The position numbers and the translations under genes are program-made. From positions 3,968,001 to 4,032,000 of the forward strand of contig CM022678.1 in assembly GCA_012295275.1 (NCBI GenBank): a stretch of 64,000 bases of DNA. The letters run 5' to 3'. The first letter of the stretch is position 1, and each line of letters begins with the position of its first letter. The notes beneath the pieces were generated by a model. It ran no database searches. It was not told where the DNA came from and saw nothing but the letters and a program-made list of their open reading frames with translations. Shown piece by piece: positions 1 through 20,662 of the stretch. Origin of the DNA: Chrysomallon squamiferum. Its lineage: Eukaryota > Animalia > Mollusca.

Positions 1-6492
<6,492 letters not shown>

Positions 6493-6500
<8 letters not shown>

Positions 6501-6620
6501 CTTGCTGAAGTAGCAAGTTAACCTTCAAAAGCAAAACAAGACGACCACAGCCGAAACTTCCGCTAAAGATATCCAGTACCGCAGTAAATATGTTATCGAC
6601 AGTGGTGTGGTCTAAAACCC
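6493..6620. promoter_or_regulatory. Putative NDUFV1 core promoter / 5' UTR
   Basis: YY1-like CAAGATGGC (minus strand) overlaps the ATG and an ETS-like ACTTCCG lies at about 6557-6562. The region is locally enriched in CpG. Motif-based inference only. Confidence 0.45.
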
Positions 6621-7320
6621 AAACATTAAGTATTTTGAAATTAAACTGCTAACAGTTTGTGATGGATTCGCATCACGTTAAAGAACTTACAATTAATAGA
6701 TTAGATAAATGAATAATTTTAGGGTAATTTTCTATTTCTTGTTTAGATATTACAGGCAGAAAACTCGCTGATTCCAATCAGTTGATTAAGTAGAAGGTCA
6801 GCTATTAAGGCATATGTTTTATAAATTATAGCCCATAGACACGAAATCATGCATATGTCACTGCCTTTGTTAACTCGTTACGGTAATGCAAAGGAAAAGT
6901 GACCTTTGCGTGAAAGGACGAATTTATCGATCTGCGACTCTTCACTCCTCTATGCAGCAGTGCTGCAGTTATTTAATTAACGTAGCGCGCACGTGCGCAC
7001 ATAACACACACACACACACACACACTCACACACAGAGACAAGCATATATGCATATACAAATTATGTATTTATGAATGTGTGCATGAAAGCATGTATTTAA
7101 ATATATATGAGTGCTTATGAGCCTGTGTATGCATGTTCGAACGTATGCTATTTTTTATTTATTTTTTTAAACTTTGTTAATCATTAATACTTAGGTATGT
7201 GTATGAATGTTAATGTATGTACGTAAATGTTTATATATGTATGTATGTATAATTTCGGTTTTGTCTCCTTTTCCAGCTGTTTTTCTATGGAAAGTAAAAC
7301 GATATTAACTCATTCATCCG

Positions 7321-7323
<3 letters not shown>

Positions 7324-7410
<87 letters not shown>
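7324..7410. repeat. (CT)n microsatellite
   Basis: Perfect dinucleotide run. Confidence 0.95.
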
Positions 7411-7414
<4 letters not shown>

Positions 7415-7803
7415 ATATATATTTTTTTTATTATAAAGGTCATTCCTGAAGAAGGAAAATCTTGCAGGAACTGCTTGCTGAGTTGAAGTTAATGGAGTAC
7501 ATCGTGCTGGTTAAATTAGATTTTTATACGGTGCAGTTTTTTGTCTCCCTCTGAAATAGTTTACTGGATTCTTCAATTGACCGCAGAGTGTTCTGTCTTC
7601 TTCTTTTTTTAAATTTCTTTTTATTCTTTCAGGTCGCCCCAGCACGATATCAGAATATCAATAAAAATGTCTAAGTCGTAGCCATCTAGTGAGAATAAAC
7701 GAGTTATGGGACTTGTCACGAAGACGTTGCTTTTAGACCAAAAACACTCTGTGTTAATTAAAATAAATAATCAATAAAATTAATATTAATGTCATGAAAT
7801 GCG

Positions 7804-7853
<50 letters not shown>

Positions 7854-10800
7854 TCAGTATCTTCATCATCGTTGTCGTCGTCGCTGTTGCTTTCAAACAC
7901 ACATATAAATGTGTGTGGCTATGTTTTCTTAATGACAATGCATTTTTTTTTTTTTCTTAACTTAACAAAGCAACAAGTTATTCTTTATATAAACAACAAC
8001 AACCTTTATAGCATCAAACACATTTTTGGACTGAAATCCCAATGTCTTCACGACTCTTTCAATGCAGCATTAATTTCGGAAGCAGCATTAATAATAACAA
8101 AAACAAGACATGTATTTTTTTTTTTTTTTTATTTTTATATTCCATTCAGTATTTATTATGAATGTCCAATGTTGAGTTAATCGGTAAACAAATACAGTTA
8201 ATATTTACAGATTCTAATAGAAGATACTTGCAGAAAGATCTGTAAATTGAAATGTACCGAATTCAATTTTTATTTATTTATTATTATTATTATTATTATT
8301 TATTTTATTTTATTTTTATTTTTTTTTTGATATCCCTCAAGGGAAATTATTTAGAGTACATTTTATCCAATAGACTCTAAAGAAGCTATCAGTTGTTGTC
8401 GACATTTCCCACTAATAATGTTTTGTGGGAAGGTACACATATATTATAACTGCAACTAACAGAATGAGGAAAGTTTAAAAAAATAAATAAAAAATAAAAT
8501 GCAAGAATTAACATAGCTTCTTTCAACTCAAAAGGTCTTGGCGTTTAGACCAAATATATTATTTCATACGTTAAACAAAAATACTTGCCTCTCGATGCTT
8601 TCACGTAATGTAACAGTTTAAAATCATTTATTGTTCATAAGCTTAAAATATTACCTATTAATATTATTATTATGTTTTTAATTTGAAAATATAATATGTT
8701 ACTGCGGACCTATGATCTGAATGAACATCCGGAGTCCTTGACATTGTATTAATTTTCCTACAAAGGAAATGACAGCATGCTTTTCTGAGTGACAAATACA
8801 TTGAATGTGATTATGGCTGGATAATCATTGTCGCAGGTAACCATTTTATTTCCAGATATTTGCGTTACTGGATTTAGAAATAACAGTTGGAAAGACAGAC
8901 GGTATTTTTTTTTCACTGAATTTTACTGAACAGATGTTATGATTCAATTTATTACAATTTACGAAAATAATAAAATAATAGAATAAATAATATTAATAAT
9001 TGTCTTTATAGTTTATTGAAAATATTTTTTAAGGTGAGAAATCGAATTTCAGATTTAATTTCAATTTCTTCTGTTTTATTTAATCATTTAACGCTATAAC
9101 TTATTCATTAATAACATGAATTCGGACAATTCTGCTGTTATAACATTGACAGGTGTTTTATTTATTTATTGATTTATTTATTTTTACACGGTGATTCACA
9201 ATACTAATAGGTCGTAAAATAAAAATATTTAAAAAATAATTTATGAAAATCCTCTGCTGATATGGCACGCATGGTAACAGATATGCAAGTTTTATTTATG
9301 TTTTGTGAAATTACGTGATTTTTAACATCATGTTAATTGTTATATGCAACAGACTGAATTAGATTTCATATACAGATAACAAGGATATTGTATTTGGATT
9401 CCATAAATTTACAGTTTTAACACACTAAGCTGATATTATCAGGATAATAATATAAAGAGATAGTAGAACAGTTTGTTGCCATAGCATTAATATTTTTACT
9501 TTTTTATTTATATATTTATTTATAGTGATATAGGATTATCAGAATATTCCTAAATAGGAATGTTATTTGTTTGTCAGATAAATGTATAACATTAAGTAGT
9601 TACTTTCTACTGCATTAATAAAACTATTATCAATATTAAAAATATTTACTGGGTTTTGTTATGTGCTCTTTCTGTCACACAGTCTGTCTGTCTGTATCAC
9701 TTTTCTTCCATCTTTTTTTGACATGGGCAAAATTTATAATACAAATAAAAGCATAATATTGGTAATATTTGATTTGAAGTGTTGTTTAAAAAATATATTG
9801 TTACGGGAAAGTTTTATTTTTCATTTTTATTTATTTTTATTGCTTATTGTTATGAACAATAACAGAAGATAAATACTGAATGTTTATTTCAAATGTAGTC
9901 ATTAATTTGACTATTTTCTAAATCCAGTAACTGCACATAACTTGATATTTTCTTTTAAATGAAAAATATCCATGTTACATGGAGTTTGAAATCAAATTAT
10001 TTCTGAGAAGAATGTTACTATTACATTTCTTAATTTTTGGTTATTTAGTTATTTTTATTTTTTCATTTCTGTTGTTGTTTCAGAAAATGTAAATTAACTA
10101 TTTTATGTGTTGTTAATACTAACTGCAAATATGATTATTTAAGAAATGAGTCTAAATATATTTTTAATTAATTTTTATTTTTTTATTCATTACCCTTGTT
10201 ATTCTGTTTTTAATCTTATCACAATATTTAGTAATAACTATTTCTAGCAAAAAAAATTTTTTTTTTTAAATAATTGTTCAACTATGTCTCATTGCATTTT
10301 GAAGCAGCAATTATAAATGGTTTTTTTTAACATTTTAAAATTTTAATTTTTTTTATACTTTATTATTAGTTAAATAAAAAAAAAAACCAAGTAACTTGTA
10401 ATTTTCCAAGATATGTTATGTAGTATCATTTAAGATACATATTAATACTAATAATGAAAAAATTAATTGTTTTTAACGAAACTCCACACCATTATTGCTG
10501 GATACGATACAATATTATTAGGTTGTATTAACATTTTAATATTAGGAATGGTGGTACTTAAGTGTTTTAAACACTTCATTATTAGTTATAACTAGTCAAC
10601 AAACACAAATCAATAAGTTGAAAATGAACAAAGCTCTTGTAAGTGGTATCATGAAAAATTACATTTTAATACAAAAATAGAAACTGTTGTTTGAGTCTGG
10701 AGAAGGAAAAGGTACAGGAAATGTGATTTTTCACCTGTTTGTGATTTTCTAAACACCTGCAGTTATCACAATCTCAATTTAGAACAATCCACTCGAAAAC

Positions 10801-11159
10801 AACAGTAACAATGTCTCAGTATGTTCTTCCTCATTTTCTTTTTTTCTTTCTTTAAACCGAAAGAAGGAAAAAGTTTCTTCATTTATATATTTTTTTTTCA
10901 TTTTTTTTTTTTAATTGGTATGTTGAAGACAGCCTGAATTTTATCTTTTAGTATTTTAAAATTTACTTTGGTTAATGTATGTTGAATTTTTGTCTTATGG
11001 AATATGTTGTTTAATAATTAAAAAAACAAGAAAAGAAAAATAGAATGTTTTAATTCAAAGGTTATAGAGAGCCTGCAGGTGAAATATATTTATTATTATT
11101 TTTTTGCTGAAATTGTTTTTATAATTTCTCAAATGGTCACTGAGTGGGATCCGAAGCAA

Positions 11160-11725
11160 AAGGTTAGAGTTGTTTCTTAGTTAGTTACTAGTAAATTTAT
11201 TTTTCAAACAGAGGCCAAAGGAATTTTTTCAGAAACAAAAGGCAATTTCTCTTATTGCCTGAAATTAGGGGTTTGTCTTTTCAGTTTTTGAGAAACTATA
11301 AGTCATTTCTAAACAGGGCACTATGAGTTCTTTTCAATTTTTGAAATTTTTTTATTTCTTTGTCATAAACTAGTAATTATTTATATACTTGGAAATTAGA
11401 AGTTATTTCATATCAGAAAAAAAGAGTTATTTTTAACATTTTGAAAAAAGACAAAATTTTTAGTCTCAGTCAGAAACAAAACATTAATTCTGAATTTGAA
11501 ACAAGAATTCATTTCTACATCAAAAACATTTAGTTAGTGATCAGTTAGAAAATGGAAGTCATTTCTTAACAGAAAAAAAAAAAAAAAAAAACACAGAAAA
11601 GAAAAAAGAAGAGCTAATTTTCAGATTAGTAGAAATAAAGATTTATTTCTCTCAAACAAAGATTTATTTCTCTCAAACAAAGGGTTATTTCTCAGAAACA
11701 AGGAATATTTTCCCAGTCAAAAACT
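11160..11725. repeat. Degenerate short-period repeat (gaaacaa..gagttatttctc-like units), including near-perfect 21-bp copies at 11640-11710
   Basis: Recurrent GAAAC/AGTTATTTC motifs every 20-30 nt; ttatttctctcaaacaaag occurs twice in tandem. Confidence 0.55.
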
Positions 11726-12029
11726 AGTAACAGACTAAGACAAATGAACATCCTCAGTCAGTGGCAATCACCAGCTAGCTGGAGGGTGTGTTCGAGTAAA
11801 GTATACACTCACCAGACACTGATTTACTGAATGAAGCCCAGAAATGTAACTGCTCCTTCCTTTGTCAGGAAATGCCTCTACCCAGCCGTTTCCATGCAGA
11901 ATATATTACTTGTTTTGTGTAAGGTAAAAACTGTGTTAATACAGAACACATAACTCCAGATAGATCTGTCACTGAATGTCTGTGGACAAAGCGTACTTTC
12001 TGTAAAGAAAGTATTATATTGTGTCGTAC

Positions 12030-13800
12030 AGTAACTGCTGTATTTTCTAATGAGAATGTCCGTTTGTTATGCACGTAGGTGAGAGGTTATAGTATTTTCT
12101 TTAAGAATATTTTTGTTTATTATATAGATGTGTGGGTTTGAAATATTTTGTACTAAGAATGTTACTTTGTTATATATATAAAAAATTAGTTTAGATATTT
12201 TGTATTTTACTAAGAATATTATTAATGTTTATTTGCTATGTAGACATGTTTGTAATGTTTTTTGTGCAGAATTAGTGTGTGTGTGTTTTTGTGCAGAATT
12301 TAATTTATTTTGTGTGTGTGTGTAAAAAAAAAAAAAAAAACTAGATATTTTATTATGTTCTAATTTTATTTTATTTTAATTCATTCAACATACTATCAAC
12401 AGAAAACGTTAGTAAATGTAAATACAGTATTTAGTTTCATTACAATTAGTTATTGTAGAGTATTTTATTATGTAGGGATCTATACAAAACAAAAATATTC
12501 ATCTTTACAGTTGCTGTGTTTTTCAAGCATAGTTTATTTACATAAAGGGCGTATGAGTGTGAGAGAAATAATAATATTTTCTATACAAATATATGTAGAT
12601 TTTTTTTAAATAGATTTTTAAAATTATTATTATGTGGATAATCTGGTCTTCACTTTTTTCCAGTGACATATTTTATTTATGTTAAGTGGACATTAAGAAA
12701 GAGAGTATATACTATTTTCTATACAGAATATATTTTTTTATTATAATTGCATGGATATGTAATTTAAAAATCATGGTCATTACTATTTTCTAAGCCTAAT
12801 TTTATTTATATTAAGGGGTCCTTGATATGACAAAATGTTACACAGTATTTCCTATGTAAAATATTCATTTCAAATTTATTTTTTTTTTTTTTTTTTTTTT
12901 AATGTTAATATACAATTTAAAAATCTAGATCTATATTATTTTCGTAACATTATATTATTTACATTAAGTAGATCTTAAACTTGAAAAAAGGAAACAGTAT
13001 CTTGTTTACAGAATATTTTATTGTGACATAACTAGGTGAGGTGATAATCCAGGTTTATAGTATTTTCTGGACTGAATATATTATTTATAGTAAGTAAACT
13101 TACAGCGTAAGATAGGATATGTAGTATTTTCTGTGTAGAAATTTTATTGTGACATAACTAGGTCAGGCGATATCAAGATTCGTACTGTTTACGAAACTGA
13201 ATATTTCATTTATATTAACTTATTAAGCAGACCTTAATAAAAGATAAAGGGTTTTATTTATGTCACATACATTGACCTGAATGTGAAAGAAAGGAAACAA
13301 AATATTTTCTAAGCAGAATATTTTATTTATGTTAGATGATAATGTGGAAGAAAGATACAGGATATTTTTTAAGGAAAATAATTTTACTGTTACATTGCTA
13401 CATATGAGACAAAAATCTGGGTTTGTACTATTTTCCAAACTGCATATTTTATTTATATTACACAGACCTTAAAGTGGAAGAAGGATACACAATATTTTTT
13501 AAGCAGAATAACGGGACACAAAAAATCTGGATCTATACTTTTCTCCAAACTAAATACGTTATTTAAATTAGACCTTAACATCGAAAAAGATACATATTTT
13601 CTCATTAGAATATTTTATCTAATATTAATTTCAGTGGACCTTAATATGTAAGAAACAATATATAATATTTTTCTCAGCAGAAGAATAGTGTTACGTAGCT
13701 GTACGAGACAGAAATCTGGGTCTGTACTATTTTCCAAACTGCATATGCTATTTACATGACAGGGACTGGAGAGTGACAGAAAGGTCGAGGAAATGCTGAA
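12030..13800. repeat. Old, degenerate minisatellite with a unit of about 120 bp
   Basis: Recurring blocks (atctgggt..gtactattttccaaactg..atatt..atttatatta..gaccttaa..tattttct..cagaata) at about 12640, 12930, 13050, 13180, 13415, 13525 and 13715. Confidence 0.6.
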
Positions 13801-15436
13801 TTTCCCACACACAATATACTGCATTATGTAGGTATGTGACAGGGATGTCTAAGTGAGAATATATTACCTGTGTCAGGGGTAGGGGTCATCGTGAGTCATG
13901 TATAGTTTAAAACAGAATGAAGGTAAGTACAGAGATGTGACATGGGACGTATTGAAAATAATTCAGTAATTATTGTAATGTGCTGATTCGGAACAAACTC
14001 TTTGTTAAAGAGAAGTTCAAAGACAGTGTTTAAATATCTGTATGTAGATTTATTCAGCCTCATTGTGCTATTTTCTGAATGTGTGCGTATATATGTATAT
14101 GTATATATCATATATTTCAGTCGATTGTGAAATGAAATCACGTATTTATTTTTATTTATTTATTTTAATGTGTCATCTGTTATGGTCCTTTATTATATGT
14201 ATATATATATTTTTTTTTTTTCTGCCAGGTTTATATATGTATTGAAAAGATTTTAATAGCAATTTTAATATATTTATGATCATTATTTCTAAATTTGTTT
14301 TAGTTTTTATTCTATGCTCATTTTCTGTCATCTTTCTCATGTGTGTGCATGGATGAAAGGTTTCGTAATTTTTTATATATAGTTATTACAGTTTTAAGTG
14401 TATTTGTTAATTTTATTTTCATCATTTTTAAAATATATATATATTTGTATTCAGAATTTATTGTTCAGATGTCTCTGTATGTATGCCATTTTTAATTTTT
14501 GATTTCAATATTAATTTTTTTTATAAAACTGCTGAAATATTGTTGAATAAATATTAATTCAATTTGATTGTATAAAAATGTAATTTTGAAGATACTAACT
14601 ATGTTTTGAATAGTGTGAATTATTTTTATATTGGTTTCGTGCACATACCGACAGGAAAGTCTTTTCCAGCTAAATCCGTAAATCTAGATTAGATGGATCA
14701 TTAGCAAGGATGGGCGAGATATAATATTATTCGTAAATACCGCGAGACAAAGGTGATTAACAGAAAATAGAGAATGCGATATCTTCTTGAGAAGACTTAT
14801 GAATATTAATTAACTCACCTGTGATGTAATATACAATGCAGCTAACTAACACTGAAATAGATAGGGCTAACGACCGTGTATTCATCCATTCACCTGTAAG
14901 TCTGGACATACACATAATAAAATCCTGTTTGTTCTTATTTGTGTAGGTGGATAGTTAGTCAGGGTAGATAGGTAGTATAAAAAAAAAAAAATGGGCTTGT
15001 GAATGTGAAAATATTTTTGTTAACGTTGTCAAGATTTGAAGTTACAGCTTTGTGATAGGAAAACAGACATTGAGGGCTTTTATAGGAATCTGGTAATTTA
15101 GTTTAATTTTAATTTTTAAATGTACTTATTTGTTCACATACTTTTTTTTTTTAGACAATTTTTGTTTGTTTCATCCATTGTTTATTTTCAGGATGTGTTA
15201 AATTTATAATATTTATATACTAATTTATATGTCAGAGATACTGGCTGGTGTTTTCTTTTCAAGAGAGATTTAAACAGTTATGAAGTTAAAACATCATTTT
15301 GAAAAATAAAACATTCATGAGCAAGAATCATTATCACTGTTATTTTCTTCAACTTTTTTTAAATTTGTGTTGATGCTCGTCTTCATTTAAATATGTATGT
15401 TGAATTCAGTTGATCTAGTGTATTTGAAATTTGAAA

Positions 15437-15474
<38 letters not shown>

Positions 15475-15573
15475 CATAAAATGTTTATGCATTGATGCAC
15501 AAATATAATTGTATACAGTTTGCATGGAAAGATATAACACCAAGATGAATAGAGATACACAATATGAATACTT

Positions 15574-15614
<41 letters not shown>

Positions 15615-16427
15615 TCATTTTTTATACAAGAAATACAAAAAAAAAATAAACACACATGTCCATCCATTTATCCATATTATGTACAAAAAATTCGATATCT
15701 GGAAACATACCTTTCTAAGCTCTTGTATATGCTATTTTTTATTTATTTATTATTTTATTTAATTTTTATTTTATAATAATAACAATAATATTAATAATAA
15801 ATAAAAAATAAAAACAAGTACATGAACTTTATATTCATATGCAGCAGAGTCTTTTACAAGTTAAAATGTTTCGCTCTGATAAACATGTATAAGAATCTTG
15901 CCTGTTTATTTTTATGTATTTCAAAGTTAAGACAGATGTACAGGTGTTGAAGTTTGTTATCTTTCAGGTGAACTAAAAGCACTGAGTACATCCACTTCAG
16001 TATGTCAGCTTAATTTTTCTGTTTGTTTTAGACTTATTTTTAAATCTGTTTTATTATGTTAGTTTATATTTCAGCTTAGATGCTATCTATAATGTACTTG
16101 TATTACTTGTATTGTCATTAATATAATTTTATTGTATGTATTTTTGTTCATATTTTGGTATGTATTTGAAAATGTGTGTTAATTTTTTTATTTTATTTTT
16201 TTTATTATCTTTTTTTTGGTAGGTAGGTAGATATATTTGAATATTTTTGTGTGTGTATGCATGAATGGAAGTATGTATGTATGTATGTATGTATTAATGT
16301 ATTTGTTTATGTTTATGTACACACCTTTTAAAGTCTTTATTTTTTATTTTTTTTTTTTTTTTTTCAGCACTGAAGAATGACTAAGACAAATATATTTAGT
16401 GATTAATTCTGCAGATGTTTTGATCAT

Positions 16428-18314
16428 ATGGGGAACCTCTGTCAATGGACATTGCAATCAGGTATCTAGATGTTTTCTCTAAACAACAAGTCATGTCTTG
16501 GAACCTGTGCTGTAATTTTGGGATCTTTGTGAATTCATGGAATAAGTTTTTGTCTTGTAACATTAATAGTGTTGATCATATATGGTCAATACTTTAGAAA
16601 AATAATAATAAAAAAGAAATAAAAGATAGGCATAGTGCTTTATTATCAGTTTGTAGTATATAGCTGGCAGAATAACATACATACCTTCATGATTGATTTT
16701 TATTATTCTGTATTAGAATATTAAGCACTTTGATCATTTCTTACATAGAAGGTGTTAAATTTTCTCAGTGTGGTTTTTCATATAGGTCTTCTTGATAACA
16801 ATTCATTATTATAAACTATTAAAAGTATTTTATATGTTTCTTTATTATTTTGGTTTTAATATTTTATTTTTACTTTTATATTTAAATTTGTTTGCATGTG
16901 GTGCCAGTGTTCAAAAAAGAATTTACACAATAATTATTATAATTGTTTTATTTATTTATTTATTATTTCATTTATTTGCTTATTCACTTATTTATTTATT
17001 TATTTATTTATTGATTGTTTAGTTACTTATTCACCTATATATTTATTATTTTAAATATTTATTTAGTTTTGTTTTGTTGTATTGTATTGTATTGTATTGT
17101 ATTATTTTATTTTATTTTATTTTATTTTATTTTATTTTATTTTATTTTATTTTATTTTATTTTTTTATTTTATTTTTATTTTATTTCATTTTATTTTATC
17201 TATTCACAAACAGGTAATGCTCTCCTCTGTCTAGTACTCATTCTTCTGATTCAAACATGTCTGCAGCCAGCGACGGTTGTTGCAACCACAACCGCCTCGT
17301 CAGCCTCAACCATTCAGCCAAGTTTCACCACACAACCAGATAACAATGACAGTGTCTCAGCCAACAATGAAACCAGAACAAACAGTGCAAACTTCTCTCA
17401 TTCCATTCTGACTACACCTGCAGCTAGTCCTGGACAATTTAGCAGCAGGATTCTTTCAAGTGTATTCAACACAACCAGCAGTGTTTTCCACACGACTAAC
17501 TCAAATTTAATAAGCACAACATCTGAGTGCTGTTTCTAGTAAACCAGCTAATCATCCAGGCACTCCACTGGCTGATGCCAGCGAACAGGTTTTGACGTCG
17601 ACCACTGTGAGAAATGGAAACGGGAGTTGCGTAGGGAACGAGACGGGTTGCCCGGAGTACAGAGGTCACAGTGACATGGCCTTGCCAACGGGTGCTGTTG
17701 TAGGGATCGCGGTTGGAGCTGCAGTAGTTGTTATCATTGTCGGTGAGTTTTGATGCGTCGTTGTTTGGAGAAGAGCAAAGTCAGTTGTTATCTGTTTGAC
17801 CTCTTCATACTGTTGAGTTGGGTTTTAGCAGCATAAATTTAAATTTCAGTACTGTTTATTATACAGTTTCAGTGAGAATGGGGTAAGACATAGAAGAGGT
17901 TTGTTTTTAATTTGGGTTCAGGGGAGGTAAAAACTTGACACAGATCTAACAGTCCTTAAATCTACCTGGGAGGTTAAGTTAAATTTGTGAAGCTTTAACC
18001 CATTTTAAGCAGCAAAACTAGGGTTGATTTAAAACTTGAATTTCCCCAAAGATGTAAATGTTGATGTGTTAATGTTGCAGTGGAAGAGAGATAACTATTG
18101 CAAGTAAATTTTATGAACTTGTGTTGGAGTTGCCTCTCTTATGGTTTTAAATTAATTTGATAAAGGGAAACAACTTGTTTTTAAATAGTTTTATTTCATA
18201 TAATCATTCAGTTTCCTCCCTTGTTTAAAAAACACACACCTTGATCTAAAGGGAAATAACTTTAAATGAATTTTGAAAATATATTATTTCACCCTTTCTG
18301 TATTTGTTAAGTAT

Positions 18315-18349
<35 letters not shown>

Positions 18350-19065
18350 TTCAGATTAAAAGTTAATGCTGAAGGTAATTGTATTAATGATCTGTTTAAT
18401 TTATTTTTTGCATTGTTTATCAAAATTCTTTTCAGTTTCGTGTTTGGTATTTTTCTGTCGATCGCGGCAGAGTTTGTCAGGATCCAAAGCAGATTTGTCC
18501 AACTACTGGGATGACAATGTCACACTCAGCTACATCAACGGCCATGTCGATTTTCCAAAAGTAAAGTTTAAATTTCTTTCAATAATGTAGTTAATTTCAA
18601 AACATAAATGTTTTTATTATAATTTTATTCACACATTTTAATTTGACAAAAAGGGAGAGAAAAAAAAGAAAAAATCCGTTTTTATTTATTTTTTCATTTG
18701 CAATTTTATTGTTATCCTGGCTTTCCAAAATTAGGATTTATTTTTTTAAATTTTATTAATGTTATGGACTTTCAAAATTAAAATATTTTTTTATCATAAA
18801 TTTTACAGATATTAAATTTATACACTGCATTTATTTTAAACTGTGCATAATATAATTTACATACTTTTAATTTTACATTTTAATTCAGCAAAGATGGGGG
18901 GAAAAAAATGAAAATCCTAATTCATTAATTTTTTTTCATTTATGATTTTAGGATCAACCAGATGAAATGATTTCACTGGATAATGATTCTTTTCTGAACA
19001 GTTTAGACAACATGTCGTTTACCAATGTTTGGACAGCTAATGCAGCCAAACACACCAATTTTTAA
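16428..19065 (+). CDS. Uncharacterised mucin-like single-pass type I membrane glycoprotein (about 266 aa; one apparent frameshift)
   Basis: Phase-compatible exons 16428-16461, 17214-17742, 18436-18560, 18952-19065. It encodes a signal peptide (NALLCLVLILLIQTCL), a Ser/Thr-rich ectodomain with many N-x-S/T sites, a TM helix (GAVVGIAVGAAVVVIIV+VSCLVFFC) and a cytoplasmic tail with YWDDNVTLSY ending HTNF*. A +1 shift between 17514 and 17536 is needed to join the ectodomain to the TM. Confidence 0.8.
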
Positions 19066-19807
19066 AAAAAACACTGAGTGGGTTTCACTCATCATGTGGA
19101 AAGAAGCAGAACAGCGAAGCTGTTGAGATGGCGATGTTAAGGGTAATATAGTAGTGCCTTGATGATGTAGGTACCCACAATGCATTTTTCTCAGCAGCTG
19201 GAACAATGACTGTTACAGTGTATGTTTGTATGAGTGTGTTAATGAATATTCATGACAATTAAATGTATGTGTTAAAATAATATATAATGTTATTTAAAAT
19301 AATAAACAAAAAAAAACCCAGAAAAATATCAGTGCTAGTATGTTTTAAAGATTAATTTAATTTGATTTTTGTGATATTTTATTTGTTATTATTATCTTAC
19401 AGAAAACAACAATAATTTATTTATTTTTTAAATATTTTATGAATTACCAAAACCACAGTAAATATATTTTCTGTGTGACCACAGCTATGCATAGATCATC
19501 AGTATCTATTAGATCAAGCATAAATATGATGAAAAAATTAATTTACTTTATTGTAATAATTGTAAATGGATTTTGAAAAAAAAATAAAATGATCCAACGC
19601 ATTTATAACAGCATTTTTCTTCTTTCTATATTATCTATTTATTTCTTTTCGAAATTTTTAAATTTTAAAATTTTTTTTTTTTTTAACTATTTAAAGCTCT
19701 ATATTTGTTACTCAAGTTTACTGGTAAAAATATTATTTATTTTATTTATTACTATTATTATTATGTCATAAGGTTTTGTCATTCAGTATTTCTGTTGTGA
19801 ATAATTT

Positions 19808-19880
19808 TACTATCAGCTCATTTGTTAGAGCACAAGACTGTAAAACTGACAACTCTGGTTCAAATCCTTCCAGTGGATGC
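19808..19880 (+). pseudogene. Degenerate tRNA-like relic (Tyr-GTA-like) or tRNA-derived SINE head
   Basis: A-box-like agctcatttgttagagca, anticodon-loop-like gactgtaaa and B-box ggttcaaatcc, followed by a poly-T run. The stems do not fold into an intact cloverleaf. Confidence 0.55.
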
Positions 19881-20160
19881 TAATAAACTTTTTTTTTTTT
19901 TTTTTTTTAATTTGTTAATGTTGTGCATTGTTGTGATATTGTTTTGAAAATATTTTTGATTTTTTTTTTTTTTTTTTTTTTACAACCAGGATCTGAATAT
20001 TTTTCATATCATTTTATTAATATTTTTTTACCTCAACTTTTTAAAGAAAATTATTGCATTTACTTTCTTTTGTCTCAAAATTGTTGCATATCTTTCTTAT
20101 GACTTTTATTTATCAAAACAGTTTTTAAAATATCAGTAATGTACTTGTTACAGCGTGTTA

Positions 20161-20200
<40 letters not shown>

Positions 20201-20631
20201 CATATACACATACACACACATTTATAATGTCTTTATGAAAGAAATTCTTTAAAATTATTTTTAAGAATATTTCTTATTTGCAATATACTATTACTGTTTA
20301 AATTTATTTAGACTATTATTATTTATTTAGATTATTAATATGTTTTAAATTATTTTTTGTACTTTATCATCTTATAGTTTTTGTATTTTGTATTTTTTGT
20401 TATTATTATTATTATTATTATTTAATGTAGTTCTAACTACTCTGTGTGCCATATTAATTATAGTGATGTGATTTTATTTTTGAAACTTGTTGTTTCTGAA
20501 ATACCACACCCCTGTCCAAGCTTACTCCTAGACTGTATATTTAGCTCTAATGGAATAGATTAATTTATTTTAAATAGACAAACACTTAGAAAAGTTATTT
20601 TTCTCAGTGAAATGAAAGTTAACATACTCTT

Positions 20632-20662
<31 letters not shown>

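Noticed and set aside
8780-8836. DKYIECDYGWIIIVA followed by a donor site, resembling an SLC16/MCT N-terminus
   Set aside because: There is an in-frame stop just upstream, no ATG, and no further transporter exons. It may simply be a 5' UTR exon.
17015-17213. N-terminal part of the 174-aa ORF ([10 protein letters not shown] repeats)
   Set aside because: This is an intronic (TTTTA)n tract; the real exon begins at the acceptor at 17213/17214.
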